Shown here piece after piece: positions 24,765-37,000 of a DNA stretch of 64,000 nucleotides (the first letter of the stretch is position 1; each line of letters opens with the position of its first letter). Below the pieces are notes generated by a model. The model was not told the origin of the DNA. It did not search any database and saw only the letters and a program-made list of their open reading frames with translations. This stretch comes from Hemiscyllium ocellatum (lineage: Eukaryota). The stretch is taken from positions 72,416,001 to 72,480,000 of the forward strand of contig NC_083417.1 of NCBI RefSeq assembly GCF_020745735.1. Direction: 5' to 3'. The translations under genes and the position numbers were made by a program.

Positions 24765-25830
24765 GCTTCAGATTCATATTTATTCCAATTCACGTTCACC
24801 TTCAGAATAACGCACTTAGGGATTCAGCTTGGCTTTTGTGTCACATTTAGATTAAATCAGTTTTCACTTTCTATACATTGAGATGCACATCCAGAGTCGG
24901 TTAGCATCCGATTTACATTCACCCATATTCACATTCAGAAAAAAGCTCAGATTCCGATTCAGAATGATTTAGTTTTATATGAGAATGACTAAGATTCTCA
25001 AATAATCAGATTCGCATTGTAAAGAAGTGTTACTGGACTCAAAACATTAACTTTGCTTTCTCTCCAGAAATGCCAATTGACCGGTAGAGTTTCTCCAGCA
25101 ATTTCTGTTTTTGTTTCAAATTTCTATCATCAGTAGGTCTTTGCATTCTTTGCATTGTGAAGAATGTCATATGATTTGCTGGGTTTTTTTCTTGAGCCTT
25201 ATTAAGAATTGGAACACGTTGATTTAATTCATACTTGAAAATATTCTGACTTGGTTATGGTTTGAATCAGATTCAAAATCAAATTTATTCAGATTCATGT
25301 TGATAATGCTTGTAATTTAGATTCACATTGGTTCCGCTTCAAATTATGAATTACTGTGATTATTAATCACCTTGATTCAGATGCAAATGGGAATCCCGCA
25401 GATTCAGATTCGTATTTTCCCTGATTCCCCTTCAGGTTTGGATTCTTATTGATTCTATTTCACGGTAGAACTAATTCAGAGTTCAGTTACATTGATTCAG
25501 ATTCACGTTCAGAGACAAATTCAGTCTGTCAGGTAAAGTTGAGAATTATTCATTGCCAACTTTAGATTACTTAGATTCTGATTTATAGCTCAGGTTGAGA
25601 TTCTGGATGTAAATTTGATTGCTGAGTTGGAAGATTCGTTTTCTCTGATTCATAATGATTTTATCTCCATATTAGATGAATTTAGTTTCCCTTCCAAACA
25701 CATTGTTCCAAATCGAAACTTGGATTATTGCAGATTTACATTCAGAATGATTCAATTTCAGAATTAAATTAATTCAGGTAAACATTCTCAATTATTCAAA
25801 TTCAGTTGCTGAAATTTATAGTTGTTTCAC
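24765..25830. repeat. Degenerate ATTCAG/GATTC-rich low-complexity tract
   Basis: Dense recurrence of attcagattc-like words over about 1 kb, with no ORF. Confidence 0.6.
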
Positions 25831-26423
25831 TGGCAATTACTTGACCAAAAAAGACCTAGGACTGGGTTCATCTTCCACAATGGCAAATGTTGAGCTTTGA
25901 ATTCAACAAAAGTCTGGAGTTGAAACGTTACCGATGACCATGAAAGAATTGTCAATTGCTTCACTGACATCCTTTCGAGATGAAAACGGCCAGCCTCCGA
26001 ATCCAGATTCTGAGAAATGTTATTGATTCTTAACTTCTGTTTGAAATGACAAAGCATTTGTTTGCTTCAACAGTTAGAAAGTTGCAGAAAAGAATGGAAG
26101 GAGGACGTGGTATCAACAAATGCACTAGAAATTTCAGCAGAAAACTCTGTCCTGTCAGTTTGCAAAGTTCTTCTTCTGATTATCTGCCATTAGTCAAGCA
26201 AATGTCTGACATAATCTTGCTCATCAAATAATACCTTCACACACTCGCCATCTCCATGCGTGTTCTGTCCTACTGGCAGGACAGACACAAAAGAGGTGGT
26301 AGCAATGGTAGACAGTTGGGAGAGTGTTGAACTCGGAGTATTGACTCTTGACCACATGTTATCGGAGCTGAAAATGTGTTGCTGGTTAAAGCACAGCAGG
26401 TCAGGCAGCATCCAAAGAACAGG

Positions 26424-27006
26424 AAATAAGCAACCTCTTATTGTGAGATTATGCTCTCTGGTCATAGCTTCTCACACAAGGGAAAGTAGCCCTTCTGCAT
26501 CTGTAATGTCAAGTCCACCAAGATTCTTCTAAAATTCAATAAAGTCGCCTTTCAGTCCTCTGTAATCCAGCGCGTAAAAACCCAATTTGGTCTTTGTTAT
26601 TAGACTTGGGCTACTGCAGATACCTTGCTGAAGAAATGTTAAGGTTCTAAATGAAAACGACAATCTGTTAACTCAAACTTTATATGTTCTTCTGCCGAGT
26701 TTACATTAACTTCGGTTTATTTAATGAGTGCGAGTTTTACTCAGTGTGTAACATGTGTTTTGGGTGGGGTTTTTTTGTTGTGCTCTCAAAAGCGATCGCC
26801 ACAGAGGTGGAAGCATAATGATCCCATCTCAGAAAGAAAAGCACGGAGAAGGACTACACATCTCATAATTGGTATGAACATTCGGAATGTGATGTTTTGT
26901 ATATTTAAATACATGGGGGAATGGAAAATACTACGTCACCAAAATAATCAACTAATTGATTTCAGAAGCAGAATCGAAGGCATTTGCCAGTGGAAAATGT
27001 AAATCA
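26424..27006 (+). repeat. Local 583-bp duplication, copy A (upstream of the gene)
   Basis: About 98% identical to 28951-29534 by eye (roughly 10 differences). Confidence 0.97.
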
Positions 27007-27044
27007 GCAAGAGATTTCCTTGCCCATATTTGATCTGATAACTT

Positions 27045-27175
27045 GTGAGTAAAAAGTGAGGTCTGCAGATGCTGGAGATCAGAGCTGAAAATGAGTTGCT
27101 GGTTAAAGCACAGCAGGTCAGGCAGCATCCAAGGAACAGGAAATTCCACGTTTTGGGCCAGAGCCCTTCGAAGAG
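27045..27175 (-). mobile_element. PLE-1 tail fragment with a broken hammerhead core; 60 bp of it is repeated at 26366-26426
   Basis: tgctggagatcagagctgaaaatgagttgctggttaaagcacagcaggtcaggcagcatccaaggaacaggaaatt. Confidence 0.8.
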
Positions 27176-27377
27176 GTGGAGATGGGTACAAGTATAACAT
27201 TTGAAAAACATTTGGAGAGGGACATGGAGCGAAACGTTAAAGGGAGGCATGGACCAAATGGAATTAATTCAGTTTGGGATGTCTGGCCGGCATGGACTGT
27301 TGGACAGAACCATCTGTTTCGGTGCTGTATGATTCTATGAGTCTATAACTACAAGGCTATTGAAAATAATTAATTTA

Positions 27378-27465
27378 GAGATGCCAGTGTTGGACTGGGG
27401 TGTACAAAGTTAAAAATCACACAACACCAGGTTATAGTCCAACAGGTTTAATTGGATGAAACGGA
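27378..27465 (-). mobile_element. PLE family 3 tail fragment
   Basis: gagatgccagtgttggactggggtgtacaaagttaaaaatcacacaacaccagg matches the termini at 46097, 48720 and 60836. Confidence 0.8.
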
Positions 27466-28028
27466 TATCTGAAGGTGTTTCAGTCATTGCACATCTTGAA
27501 TCAAATTTGTCTATAATGACTGAACTGTGGCAATGGGTTGTCATCATTATATCATCTCGACCTTCCAAAACAGCAAAGACGTTGAAGCAAGATATCAGAA
27601 TATCCTGCCTTTTTTCCAGCAAAATGACTCATACATGGAATCCTTTTCGAGTAGCTGCGGCAGACGTAAAAATAGTAAATAAGGGCTTTTGCCAGCAACA
27701 TCGATTTTACTGCTCCTCGGATGCTGCCTGAACTGCTATGCTTTTCCAGCACCACTAATCCAGAATCAGGTTTCCAACATCTGCAGTCATTGTTTTTACC
27801 TCGTAAATTCATATACTTTGGCATTGGTAATGTCAGTGACATTCGTGAGTGCAGTACGTAGATGATTCGAGAGTTCCTTTCCTCTCATAAGGTTGGTAGG
27901 AACCTTAAACGTCAGCACAACTCATGCAGTGACAGACACACTTGAAACCGGACATCCTCGCTTCAGTTGTGGTGAATTTGTATATCTTACATATATTGCA
28001 AATGATCAGTTCAGTTTAGCTGTGCAAA

Positions 28029-28080
28029 ATGCTCAGAGTCTTACTTCACTGCACGGCCATGTTATCAATCAGTTATACAG
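28029..28080 (+). CDS. Exon 1: signal peptide MLRVLLHCTAMLSISYT
   Basis: ATG at 28029, hydrophobic 17-mer, phase-1 end 189 nt upstream of the V exon. The donor AG|GTCCTG is weak. Confidence 0.65.
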
Positions 28081-31000
28081 GTCCTGTGCTCCTCTTTCCA
28101 AAGAATGACCGTTATTTCACTTTGTTTCTGAATATGCATATATATATGAAAGCCTTTTCTATTGCTGTCTTTTTTTGTCAATACGTGCTTATTTTTCAAA
28201 TATCTTCTAGGTTTATTGAGGATTATTTAATTCAATAGTTAGCTTTAATTTTGTTTTGTTTTGCAACAGCCTCTCGCAAATCTCAGCTAACAGTGAGGCA
28301 AGATCGAGAGTGCGCAGTGGCGAAAGGCTCCTTCGTTAAACTTTATTGCACTTTCCCCATCTTTCAAGACAAGAAGCCAGTGAAAGTGCAGTGGTGGAGA
28401 AATGGGAGAGATGGGTTCTTGGAGGAAAGTTTGGACCGCAGAATCCAGCTTTATTTTCTCACTCAGGGAGGAGCTGTCTTACAACTGGCGAACGTAAGAT
28501 TGGAGGATGCTGGGGTTTATTACTGCAGAGTGACACACAGCGTGGCTGCAAATGGAACCGGCACCAACCTGGTCGTGTTCGGTAAGGAGCAAGGAGGGGG
28601 AAAATACCGCATTCATTGCGCGATTGTTTTTAAGGAATTAATCTGAATAATTGTCAAAATGTGGATCTAATCTACAAAAAAAGAATTTGTCATCTTCTGT
28701 TCCAATCTTAATTATACGACGTCGGAGTGGAGGTCGACGTTTAGGGTCTGCTCCACCAGTCAGTAGTATCATGGCTGATCAGATAACCCTTAATTGCACC
28801 TGCCTGCCTTTTCGCGATAAACCTTGAACTAGTTAGCAAACAAATATCAATCTATCCCACTTACAAGCCAAGTCTCAAGAACCCTCTGTGGAAAAGTATT
28901 CTGCAGATTCTCGACCTCTAACAGAACAATTTCTACTTTACCTCTGTCTTAAATAAGCAACCTCTTATTGTGAGATTATGCTCTCTGGTCATAGCTTCTC
29001 TCACAAGGGAAAGTAGCCCTTCTGCATCTGTAATGTCAAATCCACCAAGATTCTTCTAAAATTCAATGATGTCGCCTTTCAGTCCTCTGTAATCCAGCGC
29101 GTAAAAACCCAATTTGGTCTTTGTTATTAGACTTGGGCTACTGCAGATACCTTGCTGAAGAAATGTTAAGGTTCTAAATGAAAACGACAATCTGTTAACT
29201 CAAACTTTATATGTTCTTCTGCCGAGTTTACATTAACTTCGGTTTATTTAATGAGTGCGAGTTTTACTCAGTGTGTAACATGTGTTTTGGGTGGGTTTTT
29301 TTTTGTTGTGCTCTCAAAAGCGATCGCCACAGAGGTGGAAGCATAATGATCCCATCTCAGAAAGAAAAGCACGGAGAAGGACTACACATCTCACAATTGG
29401 TATGAACATTCGGAATGTGATGTTTTGCATATTTAAATACATGGGGGAATGGAAAATACTACGTCACCGAAATAATCAACTAATTGATTTCAGAAGCAGA
29501 ATCGAAGGCATTTGCCAGTGGAAAATGTAAATCAACGTTGTCTTTAATTCCAGCTCCATGACGTTAAAACTGCGACATTAGTTATAACATTTCTCCTTTT
29601 AACTTTCGAAACATGTGTGCTTTCTCTTCGATATGAATCTTTTACCAGCAGAATTTTTGAACTGCACGGTATCACCTATTAAACACCCAAAATTTCGAGG
29701 AACTGAACGCTATTTGCGGTTTTCTGTTTCTGTTTGACCCTGTGACAGAAGTTGTTTCACGTTTTTCAAATTAAATGCAAGCTTCAAAACAAACGTTTCC
29801 TTTTCTTTTTGTTTAGTCCCTCCGATTCCACTCAAACTGGTCAAACTGCTGGACAACGGCTCAGCTTTCCCTCTAACTCTTCTTTGCACAACTGCTGCAT
29901 TTTTCCCAGACAACCTGAACATCACTTGGTACAAAAATGGTTCAGAAATTACAACCGGGATGGAACATGTCAAACTGCAGAATTCCCTCGGGCTTTATGA
30001 GGTTTCCAGCAACCTGAGTGAAACAGAACCCGTTCAGAGTGGTACCGTTTACACTTGTCAAGTGTCTCACATCTCACTTCGGACGCCAGCCAAAGTCAGC
30101 TACACTATCAATAAATTGGGTAGGTTCATTCAATGATATTAACTTTGTTGCAATGAGATTTGGCATAATTGTAATTTTCAGCTGTGCAATAAGGAACGAT
30201 GATGGTTGAGGGGTGTTTTTCCGACTGGACATCTATGTTCATAGGAGCCCCACAGAGGTCGGAGTTGGCCCTTCCTCTTTGTGCTTTATGGAAAAGATGG
30301 CAGGAGGGCTTACCAGTATCTTCGCAGATGGCACAAAAATTGGTGGGTTGTGAAATAGTGAGGAGGATAAACATGGATTGCAAGAATGAATGAGTGAATG
30401 TTATTTGACAGTGAAATATATAAAAAAAAGTGAAAACATTTCATGTGTCGCCGCAATCTGGAGCCGAATTGCTAGTTTAAGAATAAGAGAAAACGAAAAG
30501 TGGGTACAGAAGGACTGGTCAGATACCTAATCAATGGAAAATGGAGATCTGTATGGATGAAGTGAGGTGATACACTGGAGCAGGTCACACAATTCAAGGG
30601 AATTTATGATGAGCAGCAAAAGCTGGGATCAGAGAGATGTTGTGCACGTTCAATGCTTCTTTAAGTTTTTGGTATAGGTAGAAAACATGGTAAAGAAAGC
30701 ATTTCTGACACTTGCCATTACGGGCCGAGGCATGAAGTTTAAGAGAAGGGAGGGTAGACTAGAACTGTGTAAATCGTTGGTTCAGCCACAGCATGAGTTT
30801 TATGGACAGGTCTGAAACCTACATTATAGGAGCGATGTGATCCCGCTGGAAAGGTTACAGTAGGGGTTTACCAAGACGTTGCATGAGCTGGAGAGTTGCC
30901 TTATGAAGAGAGATTGGACAGACTTGGTATATGTTTCTTAGAGCAGAGGATATTGAGAGGTATAAAGTGATGACAGACACAGGCAGGTTAGATAGCAAGG

Positions 31001-34000
31001 CACTTTTCTCCTCAATCATTTACTAGGGAAACGTAGAATTAAAGTAAGGGACAGACGCTCAGAGGAGATGTGAAGAAAAACATCTTCTTTCACCCAGCGG
31101 GTTATTGGAATCTGGAACTCCCTGTCTGTAACAGTGGTAGAGCTAGAAACTTTCATAATATTTAAGAAGTATATAGATATGCATTTAAGCAGCTTAGGCA
31201 GACAAGTGCTGGAAAATGGTATTAGAGTGAGGTAGGGTTTTTTTGACCAGCACTGAAGCAAAGTCTTTTTTTTTGTGCTGCAGACTTTTTCCCACTCTAT
31301 AAATTAAGCTATAAATGTCCAGGAAGTCCACATGTGAATCATTGCTCCGTCCACTGACAAATATTTGCTCACAGATTTGTCTGTTACTAGGCCGACATTT
31401 TGAACTTTAATCTGGTATGTCTCATTGCGCCATATTCTAAAGGGCTATCTCTGAAAATAAAAGTTCCAGTTAATATCAAACTTCAACTACTCAACGTCGG
31501 TATCGATGACCTATGAATACTTTCAATTTCAGGACAAATTGAGAAATCTTCGTCTTCTAAATTTATATCAGGAAAATTTCTCGTCCTCACTGATGCGGTT
31601 GATGAACGTTTATGTTCGTTTGGAAGTCCCATAACTTCCTCTCTGTGATGAAACATGTCTGCTCTTCGGTAGTTATTCAATTGGCGGGTGGCCAGCAGAA
31701 TGCCCAGAGCTCGGTTATAGTAAAAAAAGTTCTAATGATTTTATTTATTCATTTTCTTGGGATGTGGATGCTTCTGGCTGGTCCATTTATTACCCATCCC
31801 TAGTTGCCCTTGAACAAGGTGATGGTGATCTACATTCTTGAACCGCTGCAGTCCATCTGCTCTGGGTTGACCCACAATGCCATGCAGTGCTGAATTCCAG
31901 CATTTTGACTCAGAGACAGTGAAGGAAAGGCGATATATTTCCAAGTCAGAGTGATGAGTGGCTTGGAAAGGAATTTGAAGGTGTTGTGTTCCCATATAAT
32001 CTACTGCTAGGTCCTTCTAGGTGGGAGTTGTCGTGGGTTTGGAATGTGCTGTCTGAGGATCTTTTGTGAATTTCTGAAGTGTATTTCGTAGGTAGCACTC
32101 ACTGCTGCTACTGAGCATCAGTGTTGGAGAGAGTGAATGCACGTGGATGTAGTGCCAAACAAACGGGCTGCTTTGTCCTGGATAGTATCAAGCTTCTTGA
32201 ATTTTGTTGGAGCTACATTCATCCAGGCAAGTGTGCCTTGAAACTTTCAGGAGTCAGGAGATGAGTTACTCGCCTCATTATTCCTAGCTTCTGGCCTGCT
32301 CTTGTAGCCAGTGTTTATGAGTGAGTCCATTTGAGTTTCTGACCAATGATAACTCTAAGGATATTGATATTAGTGGATTCAGTGATGGTTAACACCATTG
32401 AATGTCTTGGGGCGGTGGTTAGATTGTCTCTTGTTGGTGATGGTCATAGCCTGACATTCATGTGGCACATATGTCATTTGTCAGCCCTAGCCTGGATATC
32501 GTCCAGATCTTGTTGCATTTGGACATGGACAGCTTCAATGTCTGAGGTTCCACAAATGATGCTGAACATTGTGCAATCATCAGTGAGCATTCCCACTTCT
32601 AACCTTCTGATGGACGAAGTTAATTGATAAAGCAGCTGAAGATAGTTGGGTGGAGGACGCTACCCTCTACAACTCCTGCAGAGATGAGCTGCAGCTGAGA
32701 TTACTGACCTCCAACTACGCCAACCATCTTCCTATATGCCAGGTATGACTCTAACCACTGGAGAGTTGCCCCAGATAATCATTGATTCCAGTTTTGTTTG
32801 AGCTCTTTGATGCCCCACTTGTTCAAATGCAGAACTTGTTGTTAAGGGCTATCACCCTCTCATCATTCATGGAATTCTGTTCTTTTGTCCATGTCTGGAC
32901 CAAAGCTGTAATGAGATCAGGGGCTGAGTGGTCCTGGGAAACCCCAAACTGGGTATCACTGAGCAGGTTATTGCTGAGCAGAGGCTGCTTGATAGCACTG
33001 TTGATGATACCGTCCATCATTTTACTGATGGTCAAGTGTATACTTTTGCAACGGTAATTGTCCGTGTTGGATTTGTTCTGCTTATGTACGGGATATATAT
33101 GGGAAATTTTCCGCATTGTCAGGTAGATGCCAGTGTTGGAACTGTGCTGGGTCAGCTTGGCTGGGTTAGTTCTGGAGTTCACGTCTTCAGTGTTATTGCC
33201 AGAATGTTATCAGGGTCCAATAGCCTTTGTAGTTTTCAGTGCCTCCATTCATTCCTTACTGTCACGCAGAGCGAATCGAATTGAGTGAAGACTGGTATCT
33301 GTAATGCTGGGGACCACTGGAGGAGACCGACATGGATCATTCACTCACAATTTTGGTTAAAGATTGCTGCGAAAGCTTGAGCCTAATGTTTTGCAGTGAT
33401 GATGCTTCGCCCATTCCACCATTGAAGATGGGGATATTTGCAGAGCCTCCCCTCCAGTTAGTTGTTTAATCAGCCATTACCATTCATAACTGGGTGTGGC
33501 ACGGCTGCAGAGCTTGACCTGATCCGTTGGTTGTGGGATTGTTTAGTGCTGTCTATCACTTGCTGCTTATGCTGTTTGGCAAGCAAATAATCCTGTTTGG
33601 TGGCTTCACCAGGTTGACACCTCATCCGATAGCACCTGATGAAGGAGCACCGCTCCAAAAGCTAGTGTGCTTCCAATTAAACCTGTTGGGCCATAAACTG
33701 TGTGCGCAATTTTTAACTATGTAGATTGTGCTCCCTATTGTATAATATGCTTCCATGGCAAGGGAAGTCTTAGGAAGTCAAAGGGAATTGAGAATTGAAA
33801 GGTGAATGGAGTATGACAATAGGTCGCACTGTGTCTGGTCATGTGCAGGGATACGAGTGGGAGGAGTGTCGGCAACGCTAGCAACATTTTGATACTTGGA
33901 CGGACCGTTTGTGAGGCTGTATCACAAATTTTATCAATTGCGCTATAATAAGCTTAGATAATGGCCAATCAACTAATTCCTGATTAAAGTGGTTATTATG

Positions 34001-37000
34001 CGAGGAAAGGGTAAAGATTTACCTCTTCCAGAACAATATGATCAGAATGAAACATGCAAAATTAGACTTGATCGATTTTCACTTTCAGGTGAGACAAAGC
34101 CAAGGGTATACCGTTTGAGAAATTTTGGTTTTAAACTTAAGGTGGCTATGAGGGCAACTTTGTTCTCCTGTAGTTAATGTTTCGAATTGATTTTCCAGAA
34201 TATCGCTGATGTTGTCTCATAGAACATAGAACATAGAACAGTACAGCTCAGAACAGGTCTTTCAGCCCACGATGTTGTGCCGACCATTGATCCTCATTCA
34301 TACACTCTCGAATTTCTGTGACCATATGCATGTTTAGCAGTGTCTTAAATGGTCCCAGTGACATGGCTTCCACAACTGCTGCTGGCACCACATTCCATGC
34401 TCTCACAACTCTGTGTAAAGAACCCGCCTCTGACATCCCCTCTATACTTTCCTCCAACCAGCTTAAAACTATGACCCCTTGTGTTAGCCATTTCTGCCCT
34501 GGGAAATAGTCTCTGGCTATCGACTCTATCTATGCCTCTCATTATCTTGTATACCTCAATTAGGTCTCCTCTCCTCATCCTTTTCTCCAATGAAAAAAGT
34601 CCGAGCTCAGTCAACCTCACTTCATAAGATGAGCCCTCTAGTCCTGGCAGCATCCGGGTAAACCTTCTCTGACCCCTCTCCAAAGCATCCACATCTTTCC
34701 TATAATAGGGCGACCAGAACTGGACGCAGTATTCCAAGTGGGGTCTAACGAAAGTTTTGTAGATCTGCAACAAGATCTCACAACTCTTAAACTTCGGAGC
34801 AGCCCGAAGTCGTGGTCCACATTGGCACCAACGACATAGGAAGGAAGAGGGATGAGGATGTTAGGCAGGCTTTCAGGGAGCGAGGTTGGAAGCTCAGAGT
34901 TAGAACAAATAGAGGTGATGTCTGTGGTTTGTTACCTGTGCCACGTGATAGAGAGTCGAGGAATAGGGGGAGAGAACAGTTAAATGCGTGGCTACAGGGA
35001 TGGTGCAGGAGGGAGGATTCCAGTATCTGGATAACTGGGGTTCTTTCTGGGGAAGGTGGGACCTCTATAAACAGGATGGTCTGCACCTGAACCTGAGGGG
35101 CACCAGTATCCTTGGGAGAGGTTTGCTAGTGCTCTTTTGGGGGGCTTTAAACTAACTCTGCAGGGGCATGGAAACCGAGACTGTAGCTTTTGGGTGCAGG
35201 ACCTTGAGTGTAGAGAGGTTAGGAACATGGCATCAATCTCGAAGGACGGTGCTTGTAAACAGGAAGGTGGCTTAAAGTGTGTATACTTCAATGTGAGACG
35301 TATACAAAATTAGGTAAGTGAACTTGCAGCGTGGATTGGTACCTGGGATTTCGATGTTGTGGCTATTACGGAGACATGGGTAGAACAGGGACAGGAATGG
35401 CTGTTGCAGGTTCCATGTTTTAAATGTTTTAGTAAGGTCAGAGGTGGGGGTAAAAGAGGGGGAGATGTGGCATTGCTTGTCAAAGATAGTATTACAGTGG
35501 TGGAAAGGACGATGGATGAAGACTCGCCATCTGAGGTAGTTTGGGCTGAGGTTAGAAATAGGAAAGGTGAGGTCACCCTGTTAGGAGTTTTTTACAGGCC
35601 TCCTAATAATCCTAGAGACGTAGTAGAAAGGATTGCGAGGATGATTCAGGTTAAGAGTCCAAGTAATAGGGTGGTTGTTATGGGGACTTTAACTTTCCAG
35701 ATATTGACTGGGAAAGCTATAGCTCGAGTATGTTAGATGGATCAGTGATTGTCCAATGTGTCCAATTCCTGACACAATATGTAGACACGCCAACCAGAGG
35801 TGAGGCCATACTGGATTTGGTTCTCGGTAACGAACCAGGCCAGGTGTTAGAATTGGAGGTAGGTGAGCACTTTGGGGACAGTGACCACAATTCAGTGACT
35901 TTTACTCGAGTGATGGAGAGGGATAAATGTGCACTGCAGGGCAAGAGTTATAGTTAGGGGCAGGGAAATTATGACGCTGTGAGGCATGACTTAGAATGCG
36001 TGGCTTGGAAAAGTAGGCTTCAAGGGAAGGGCACAATCGATATGTGGAGCTTGTTCAAGGTGCAACTATTGAGTGTCCTTGATAAGTACTTACCTGTCAG
36101 GCAGGGAGGAAAGGGTCGTGTGAGGGAGCCATGGTTAAATAAGGAATTGGAATCCCTTGTTAAAGGGAAGAGGGCGGCCTACGTAAAGATGAGGCATGAA
36201 GGTTCAATTGGGGCGATTGAGAGTTTTAAGGTAGCCAGGTAGGATCTAAAGAGAGAGATAATAGCAGCAAGGAGGGGACATGAAAAGTCCTTGGATGGTA
36301 GGATTAGGGAAAACCCAAAGGTTTTCTCGAGGAATGTCAGTAATGAGAGAATGACTAAGGTAGGAATAGGTCCAGTCAAGGATAGTAGTGGGAAGTTGCG
36401 TGTCCAGGCTGAAGAAATTGGGGAGGCACTGAATGAATACTTTTCGTCAGTATTCATTCAGGAACAGGACCTGGACCCCACATACAAATCACTGCAGCTG
36501 AAACTGACACCCGGAAGCGGCAAGAACAAACCAATATAAATACTGGAAGAAACATCAAAGCAGCGCTTCACACGAGGCTCCAACAGCACTGATGATGTTC
36601 CCTAGCCAGGGAACGAAACGTTTGCAGCAAAAACTTCCAGCTCGGCGAGCAGAACCACAACAACAGGTTGAAATTAGATAAGTTGCCTGGGCCTGATGGC
36701 ATTTATCCTAGGATTCTCTGGTAAGCAAGGGAGCAGATTGCAGAGCCATTGGCCTTGATTTTTATGTCCTCGTTGTCTACAGGAATAATGCCAGAAGACT
36801 GGAGGATAGCAAATGTGGTTCCCTTGTTCAAGAAAGTGAGTATGGATAACCCTAGTAACTATAGGCCAGTGAGTCTCACTTCTGTTGTGGGGAAAGTCTT
36901 AGAGAGAATTGTAAGGAAAAGGATTTATGAATATCTGCATAGGAATAATGTGACCAAGGATAGACAGCATGATTTTGTTAAGGACAAGTCGTACTTCACA

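Noticed and set aside
28536-28574. CACAGCG heptamer-like word just after the YYCRV codons of the V exon, where a V-segment RSS would sit
   Set aside because: No nonamer at 12- or 23-bp spacing (only 2/9 matches each), the word is in-frame coding sequence, and it is absent from the paralogous V exon.
26724-29530. Paired ORFs 26724-27002 and 29282-29530 with the same peptide
   Set aside because: A by-product of the 583-bp duplication, with no domain similarity or splice context.
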